From an uncultured Erysipelotrichaceae bacterium (lineage in GTDB: Bacteria; Bacillota_I; Bacilli_A; Erysipelotrichales; Erysipelotrichaceae): DNA of 49,470 nt. A model generated the notes under the pieces. That model was not told the origin of the DNA. It saw only the letters and a list, made by a program, of their open reading frames with translations, and did not search any database. Positions 43,966 to 49,470 of this stretch are shown one piece after another (position 1 is the stretch's first letter; each line of letters begins with the position of its first letter). A program made the translations under genes and the position numbers. The DNA lies in contig CADAHV010000002.1 in assembly GCA_902787775.1 (NCBI GenBank), forward strand, positions 1 to 49,470. Direction: 5' to 3'.

Positions 43966-45204
43966 ATGAAGAAAATATTCAGTGTGATCCTCCTTGCCCT
44001 GACCTTACTGTGGGCAAACAACATCTATGCGGCAGAAGACCATGTGATTCTGGAGAACTATCAGGATTTCATGAGCAGGGACCAGTACGATCAGCTCAAT
44101 GAAGATCTTGCACAGATCCAGGAAAATTACGACGTCAATATCTATTTCATCTACGATACTTCGATCGATGATTCCGATAACGGCGTAAAGGCATATGCCG
44201 ATGAATTCCTTGCTTCGCATTCGTTTAATTCCAACAATGTTGCGATCGTCATGTCTTCTTCCTATTATTACGTGGCGGCCAACGGTGACGGGGCAAACGA
44301 AGTCATCAAAAGGGATGAGGCGGTCTTTGACAGGTTCTATTCGCGGGCTTCCATGCTTTCAAGCAGCGATCCGAACGCCTTCTTTGAAGGAATTACGAAT
44401 GCCTACCAGTACGTGCTGGAACTGATCAATGCCAAGACTTACCAGTCGGACGCACCGGTCTCAAAAGAAAAAGCACTGGTCAATGACTTCTCCAACATCA
44501 TGAGCGATGATGAAGAAGAAAGGCTCAACCGAAAACTGCAGAAGATCAAAGACAAATACGGCTTCGATGCAGTTGTCGTTACAACGGATTCGTTCAACGG
44601 CATGTCGGCGAGAGACTATGCGGATGATTTCTATGATTACAGCCAGTATTCGAAGGACGGCATCCTCTTTGTCCTGAACATGACGGAGAGAACCTGGTAT
44701 GTTTCAACAAAGGGAAAGGGAATCGACTATTTTACCGATTACGGTATTGATGCGATTTTTGAAGAAATGGCTGAAGATCTTTCCGACGGCAAGTATTATG
44801 ATGCTTTCGTGATCTATGCCGACAAAGTTGAAAAGTATGTCGTCAACGGCATGCAGGGCAATGTCGTCGATGTAGGCAATGAAGAAAAGTCATTCGGTGT
44901 ATTCAATGTCATGATCTCGGCCATCGTCGGCGCGATATCATCGCTCATCACCTCTTTGTCCTTGAGAGGAAGGATGAAGAACGTAAGCAGGCAGCATTTT
45001 GCGCGAAACTATATCGTTTCTGATACCTTTGACATCAACGGCGCTTCGGATATGCTGGTAAACAGGCATGTTTCCAGAACCCGCAGACCGCGCCGTGATG
45101 ACAGTATAGGCAGAGGTTCGGGACCGAGCCATATGGGCGGCGGTTCCAAAGTACATACGTCTTCAAGTGGTTCTTCCCATGGCGGCCATGGCGGACACTT
45201 TTAG
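43966..45204 (+). CDS. Tandem TPM-domain protein (signal peptide, two TPM domains, TM, Gly/His-rich tail; YdjH-like)
   Basis: Signal peptide LLWANNIYAAED. There are two TPM-like units, LENYQDFMSRDQYDQLNEDL... and VNDFSNIMSDDEEERLNRKLQKI...VVVTT. The TM is VMISAIVGAISSLITSL and the tail ends GSSHGGHGGHF. Confidence 0.8.
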   Translation: MKKIFSVILLALTLLWANNIYAAEDHVILENYQDFMSRDQYDQLNEDLAQIQENYDVNIYFIYDTSIDDSDNGVKAYADEFLASHSFNSNNVAIVMSSSYYYVAANGDGANEVIKRDEAVFDRFYSRASMLSSSDPNAFFEGITNAYQYVLELINAKTYQSDAPVSKEKALVNDFSNIMSDDEEERLNRKLQKIKDKYGFDAVVVTTDSFNGMSARDYADDFYDYSQYSKDGILFVLNMTERTWYVSTKGKGIDYFTDYGIDAIFEEMAEDLSDGKYYDAFVIYADKVEKYVVNGMQGNVVDVGNEEKSFGVFNVMISAIVGAISSLITSLSLRGRMKNVSRQHFARNYIVSDTFDINGASDMLVNRHVSRTRRPRRDDSIGRGSGPSHMGGGSKVHTSSSGSSHGGHGGHF

Positions 45205-45241
45205 AAAATAGATAGATAATTAAATCAAAGGAGGAATAAAA

Positions 45242-46312
45242 ATGGGTTTAATTAAAGCATTGACCGGGTCTGTAATCGGTACGGTACTTGACACATGGAA
45301 GGACTATTTTGTTTGTGATTCCCTTGATAACGATACCTTGATGGTAAAAGGCACAAAGAGGGGCTTCGGCGGTTCAGGCGATGTCATCACAAACGGTTCC
45401 GGCATCATCGTCAATGAAGGACAGTGTGCTCTGATCATTGAAGAAGGCAATATTCTGGAAGTTGCCAACGAGCCGGGAAGCTATACATTTGATTCTTCAC
45501 TTTCACCAAGTATTTTTGACGGTGGTCTTGAAGGCCTCAAGAACTCTTTCAAGGATGCGGTAGAAAGATTCACATTCGGCGGTGAAGTCAACAAGTCACA
45601 GCGCGTTTACTATGTCAACACCAAGGAGATCATGGAAAACCGTTTCGGTACGGCTACACCGATCCCGTTCAGAGTTATTTTCGATAAGACGACCGGTTCG
45701 GAAGTCGAAATCTCTGTCAAATGCAATGGTGAATTCACCTTCAGAATCGTCAATCCGGTTGTCTTCTATCAGAAGGTCGCCGGCAATAAAGCCGACAGAT
45801 TTGAAAAGGACGAACTGATTTCCATTATGAAGTCCGAAATGATGGATGCCTTGAATCCGGCATTCGGCAAGCTTTCCGATCTGAACATCCGTTATTCTGA
45901 ACTTCCTTCTCATACAACGGAGATCAAGGATGCCTTAAGAGAAGCCTTAAGGACTCGCTGGGAAGAAAACAGAGGTATCGCTCTTGATTCGCTGACGATC
46001 AATTCCGTCACTATTCCGGAAGCAGATGCTGAAAAGATCAAGAACATTCAGTTCTCTTTCATCAACAGAGACAAGGATACAGCCAATGCAACGATCGTTT
46101 CCGCAACTGCCGATGCGATCAGAGATGCTGCAAACAACGCCAACGGTGCAGCGACCGGTTTCATGAATGTCAATATGGCAACCAATACCGGCGCACAGTT
46201 CTTACAGCAGAACAATACAGCACAGGGTGGCGGCGGTTTCTGTCCGTTCTGCGGCCAACCGGTACCATCAGGTGCTAAATTCTGCCCAAGCTGCGGTAAA
46301 GCATTGCAATAG
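45242..46312 (+). CDS. SPFH/band-7-like protein with a C-terminal zinc ribbon (YdjI-like)
   Basis: 356 aa. The N-terminus is MGLIKALTGSVIGTVLDTWKDYF, followed by a central SPFH-like region. The C-terminus FCPFCGQPVPSGAKFCPSCG is a CxxC...CxxC ribbon. Confidence 0.75.
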   Translation: MGLIKALTGSVIGTVLDTWKDYFVCDSLDNDTLMVKGTKRGFGGSGDVITNGSGIIVNEGQCALIIEEGNILEVANEPGSYTFDSSLSPSIFDGGLEGLKNSFKDAVERFTFGGEVNKSQRVYYVNTKEIMENRFGTATPIPFRVIFDKTTGSEVEISVKCNGEFTFRIVNPVVFYQKVAGNKADRFEKDELISIMKSEMMDALNPAFGKLSDLNIRYSELPSHTTEIKDALREALRTRWEENRGIALDSLTINSVTIPEADAEKIKNIQFSFINRDKDTANATIVSATADAIRDAANNANGAATGFMNVNMATNTGAQFLQQNNTAQGGGGFCPFCGQPVPSGAKFCPSCGKALQ

Positions 46313-46330
46313 GCCTTAACAAAGCTCTGA

Positions 46331-46358
46331 AAGCCCGTCCTCGTGACGGGCTTTTTTT
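46331..46358 (+). terminator. Strong intrinsic terminator after the SPFH gene
   Basis: AAGCCCGTC (46331-46339) pairs with GACGGGCTT (46345-46353), followed by a T-run. Confidence 0.85.
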
Positions 46359-46394
46359 ATCTATCTTATTTATTGTTTTTCTGTTATCATTTAG

Positions 46395-48020
46395 GTGCAT
46401 ATGAAGTTCAGTGATATTTTGTCGGTATTGAGCGGACTGGCAATTTTCTTATACGGCATGGAAGTCATGGGCAATGGCTTCAAGCATATGGCCGGCGGAA
46501 AACTGCAGGATGTTCTCGAGAAGCTCACGAAAAAGCCTCTCGTCGCAATGCTGGCAGGAATGCTGGTAACAGCACTTGTACAATCATCTGGGGCAACGAC
46601 AAGCATGCTTGTCAGTTTTGTCAATGCCGGAATCATGCGGGTTGAGCAGACGGTCTATGTCATTTTAGGCAGCAATGTCGGTACGACGATCACCGGCCAT
46701 CTGATGGCTTTGGATGTCGGACTGGTCTCGCCGTTTTTGGCTTTCATCGGTGTATGTCTCATCATGTTTGTCAAGAACGACAAGCTCAACGCCATAGGTG
46801 AAATCATGATGGGCCTGGGCTTTGTTTTCATCGGCATGGATACAATGTCCGGCGGTCTGGCTCCTTTGGGAAGTTCACCGTTCTTCTTAAAAATTCTGAC
46901 TTCGATGCGCAATCCGGTTTTCGGTATCCTGGTCGGTTTTGTTTTAACAACCATCGTACAGTCTTCTTCCGCTTCTCTGGGTATCATTCAGTCCCTGGCA
47001 AAGAGCGGCCTAGTCCAGATCAAAGATGTCATGTTCTTCAATCTGGGCCAGAATATCGGTTCCTGTACGACAGCGATGCTGGCATCCCTGAGTTTCAACC
47101 GCGATGCCAAGCGCGTTTCGATCATAAATCTGACTTTCAATATAGTGAATGCTGTTCTGTTCACCATCCTTTACTCCCTGTTCCCGTTTGACAGACTTTA
47201 TCAGACTCTGGCACCGGGCAGTGTCGTTGAACAGATTGCCTTCATGCATACATTTACCAATATAGTGACTTCTTTGGTCTGCTTCCCGATTGCCGGTGTT
47301 CTGGCAAAGGTTGCCTATCTGTTTATTCCGGATCAGGGAAGCGAAAAACATCTGCAGCCGGAAGTGGAAGCTTCGCCGAAGATGGAAAACAATACAGCTT
47401 TCAACATCTACGGTATCAATATCGAGATCAACAATATGCTTAGCATTGTCGAATCATCCATTCGGGAAGGCTTAAATGCCATTCTGGAACATTTCTCCCG
47501 AATCGATCTGATCAGGGCAAATGAAGCACAGGTCAACCAGATCAACAAAGGTATTTCACGCAATCTGCTGCTTCTGATGGCATCCAATACCAATATGGAA
47601 GAATCACGTCAGGCAGCTTCACTTTTCTCAATGAATGTCGACCTGGAAAGAATGAGCGATCATGCCGTCAATATTGCCGAAGCAGGCGATGACCTGACAA
47701 GAAACGATCTGTCTTTCTCTCTGCTTGCATACGATGAACTCGAACATCTCTCCGGCATCATTTTTGATTCTTTCGATGCACTCAACGAGATCATCGGCAA
47801 CGACAATAAAGATGCGTTTGCACGTATCAAGGAAAACGAAAATATGATCGATGAGCTTTGCATGACCTATCGGACAATCGAGATCGATCGTATGCGAAAC
47901 AATGCGGCTGAGGCCGAATCCGGCGTCATCTATTCCGAACTGCTGATCGACATCGAAAGAATCGGCGACCATATCATGAATGTTGCGGAGAATCTTTGCA
48001 ATAGTTATGAAGGCCAATAA
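46395..48020 (+). CDS. Na/Pi cotransporter family protein with a C-terminal PhoU-like domain
   Basis: 541 aa. Duplicated QSSGATTSM / QSSSASLGI half-transporter motifs. The C-terminal helical repeats end ...ERIGDHIMNVAE (PhoU-like). The start is GTG 46395 or ATG 46401. Confidence 0.88.
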   Translation: MHMKFSDILSVLSGLAIFLYGMEVMGNGFKHMAGGKLQDVLEKLTKKPLVAMLAGMLVTALVQSSGATTSMLVSFVNAGIMRVEQTVYVILGSNVGTTITGHLMALDVGLVSPFLAFIGVCLIMFVKNDKLNAIGEIMMGLGFVFIGMDTMSGGLAPLGSSPFFLKILTSMRNPVFGILVGFVLTTIVQSSSASLGIIQSLAKSGLVQIKDVMFFNLGQNIGSCTTAMLASLSFNRDAKRVSIINLTFNIVNAVLFTILYSLFPFDRLYQTLAPGSVVEQIAFMHTFTNIVTSLVCFPIAGVLAKVAYLFIPDQGSEKHLQPEVEASPKMENNTAFNIYGINIEINNMLSIVESSIREGLNAILEHFSRIDLIRANEAQVNQINKGISRNLLLLMASNTNMEESRQAASLFSMNVDLERMSDHAVNIAEAGDDLTRNDLSFSLLAYDELEHLSGIIFDSFDALNEIIGNDNKDAFARIKENENMIDELCMTYRTIEIDRMRNNAAEAESGVIYSELLIDIERIGDHIMNVAENLCNSYEGQ

Positions 48021-48073
48021 GTGCCTTTTATAATAAAACCGTTTCAGGAATCCCCTGAGAAAGCGAGGTAGCA

Positions 48074-48496
48074 ATGCATTACAACGGTGGATATCTAATC
48101 GGGCAGATCAACAAATTGACCAACAGGCGCGTGAATGAACTGCTGAAAAAGGAGAACATCAGTGAATTCAACGGTGCCCAGGGCACAATCCTTTTTGTCC
48201 TCTCCAATGAGGGCGAAATGTCAATCAAAGACATCGGCAAAGCCACCGGTTTGGCCAAGACTTCATTGACTTCCATGCTGGAAAGAATGGAGAAGAAGGG
48301 ATTGATTGTCAAAAGGCCAAGTGAGGAAGACAAGCGAAGCACGATCGTGGCATTAAGTGAAGGAACAGAGAGCTATCGCGAAGTGATTGAAAAAGTCTCC
48401 CTCAAGATCGGCGAGGAGTATTACAGGGGCATCAAGCCAAAAGAGGCAGAACGCTTTGAGGCGACTTTAAAAAAGATCCTCGACAATCTGAAATAG
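48074..48496 (+). CDS. MarR family transcriptional regulator
   Basis: 140 aa. Winged-HTH pattern: GTILFVLSNEGEMSIKDIGKATGLAKTSLTSMLERMEKKGLIVKRPSEEDKR. Confidence 0.88.
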   Translation: MHYNGGYLIGQINKLTNRRVNELLKKENISEFNGAQGTILFVLSNEGEMSIKDIGKATGLAKTSLTSMLERMEKKGLIVKRPSEEDKRSTIVALSEGTESYREVIEKVSLKIGEEYYRGIKPKEAERFEATLKKILDNLK

Positions 48497-48652
48497 TCAG
48501 GTTACAAAACTCTGAAAACAGTTTGATCTGTAAAAAGCACAGTTTTTTTGCAGCTTTTAGCAAGTCACGAAAGCGATGCTGTCGAAACTTGATAAACATG
48601 CAAGAAAATCATTCATGTTTCATTTCCTTGCAAAAGGGAATAACACTTCGTA

Positions 48653-48680
48653 AACTGCCCAAAAAGGCAGTTTTTCTTTT
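48653..48680 (+). terminator. Intrinsic terminator about 155 nt downstream of marR
   Basis: AACTGCC (48653-48659) pairs with GGCAGTT (48666-48672), followed by TTTCTTTT. Confidence 0.7.
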
Positions 48681-48885
48681 CGGAAAGCATAACAATCTGA
48701 CTTCAGCTGAATTGTGGATAACATTAGAACTATTATTGTGATGGGGAAAATATGTGACCATTAGGTTCATGACCCACTGGGCAGTATAATGAAATCAGGA
48801 TACTGTAAGATAATTCAGAAACGTGGAAAACGCATCGATGTGTGGATTGCGGAATTAACGAGCAAAAAATTATGGAGATATAGTG

Positions 48886-49470
48886 ATGACAAAGATATAT
48901 TTCGTGCGACATGCAGAGCCCGATTACAGCAATCACGATGATCGTACACGTGAACTAAGTCGGAAGGGATTGATTGACAGAGAATTTGTTACGGAATTCT
49001 TGTCAGATAAGCAAATTGACATTGTTATTTCCAGTCCATTTAAAAGGGCTGTAGATACAATAAAGCCTTTCAGTGAAAAATACGGATTTGATATTGAGAT
49101 AATTGAAGACTTCAGGGAACGAAAAGTCGGCACTTACTGGATCAAAGATTTTTCTGATTTTTCTAAAAAACAGTGGGAGGATTTTGACTATAAGCTATCA
49201 GGCGGCGAATGTTTGCGTGAAGTACAGGAGAGAAACATCGAAGCATTAAAATACGTGCTGCAGAAGTATCCTGAAAAGAATATCGTTATCGGATGCCATG
49301 GAACGGCACTGAGTACATTGATCAATTATTATGATAATTCGTTTGACTCATCGCAATGCGTGGAGACATATGTGAAGACCCGCTGCTTTCCCATAGTGAA
49401 AGACAGCGGGTCTGTATTGGTTGAACCATCTTCTCGACAAGAATTCATTGTGGAGTTTGTTCTTTTTCTG
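48886..49470 (+). CDS. Histidine phosphatase (phosphoglycerate mutase-like) family protein, open at the window end
   Basis: This gene is not in the ORF track because no stop lies in the window. My manual translation from ATG 48886 (GGAGA RBS) gives MTKIYFVRHAEPDYS...SSPFKRAVDT...GCHGTAL, which carries the RHxE and catalytic His motifs. 195 codons are open to position 49470. Confidence 0.8.
   Translation, partial: MTKIYFVRHAEPDYSNHDDRTRELSRKGLIDREFVTEFLSDKQIDIVISSPFKRAVDTIKPFSEKYGFDIEIIEDFRERKVGTYWIKDFSDFSKKQWEDFDYKLSGGECLREVQERNIEALKYVLQKYPEKNIVIGCHGTALSTLINYYDNSFDSSQCVETYVKTRCFPIVKDSGSVLVEPSSRQEFIVEFVLFL

Noticed and set aside
48713-48721. Perfect DnaA box (TGTGGATAA, the reverse complement of TTATCCACA)
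   Set aside because: It is a single isolated box with no cluster, no AT-rich unwinding element and no dnaA nearby. That is insufficient to call an origin or a regulatory site.
48523-48741. 72-aa plus-strand ORF downstream of marR
   Set aside because: It spans a strong intrinsic terminator, has no RBS and gives a low-complexity translation. It is probably non-coding.
1-49470. Whole-window search for prophage, defence islands, CRISPR arrays, toxin-antitoxin pairs or IS elements
   Set aside because: I recognised no integrase, transposase, nuclease/helicase/ATPase defence signatures, repeat-spacer arrays or terminal inverted repeats. The window reads as core chromosome plus poorly characterised membrane modules.

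Overview
This 49.5-kb window is chromosomal DNA from a Firmicutes-type genome, possibly Erysipelotrichia- or Clostridia-like (low confidence). It is densely coded, uses the standard genetic code and mostly has strong AGGAGG-type ribosome-binding sites. I see no integrase, transposase, CRISPR array or rRNA. Recognisable content, in order: a PTS-like permease; rpmH-rnpA-yidC-jag; a minus-strand pentulose kinase/3-epimerase/4-epimerase operon; a methyltransferase, two CDF transporters and a GH25 muramidase; a tRNA Tyr-Gln-Lys-Gly operon plus single tRNAs Trp, Thr, Leu and Val; rpiB, scpA-scpB and an Mrp/NBP35 ATPase; a GT4 glycosyltransferase; a nucleoside catabolic cluster (deoD, rbsK, add, two nucleoside hydrolases); DegV, Tex, maf-coaX; an extracytoplasmic phosphatase lipoprotein; glgA with a Lys-rich extension; and a frameshifted MATE gene. 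The least explained part is the co-directional block at 35.9-48 kb. It holds two paralogous modules of zinc-ribbon membrane protein plus TPM protein. One sits with superoxide reductase and the other with an SPFH-zinc-ribbon protein, resembling B. subtilis ydjGHI but with no pspA. The block also carries a bacterial VTC-like polyphosphate-polymerase / DUF4956 / beta-helix lipoprotein operon and a Na/Pi-PhoU transporter. A separate triad of paralogous zinc-ribbon membrane proteins (24.2-26.1 kb) and a recurrent TATAAT-N6-7-start-codon arrangement (possible leaderless mRNAs) are also notable. All coordinates and family calls come from reading the sequence and ORF track; no searches were run.
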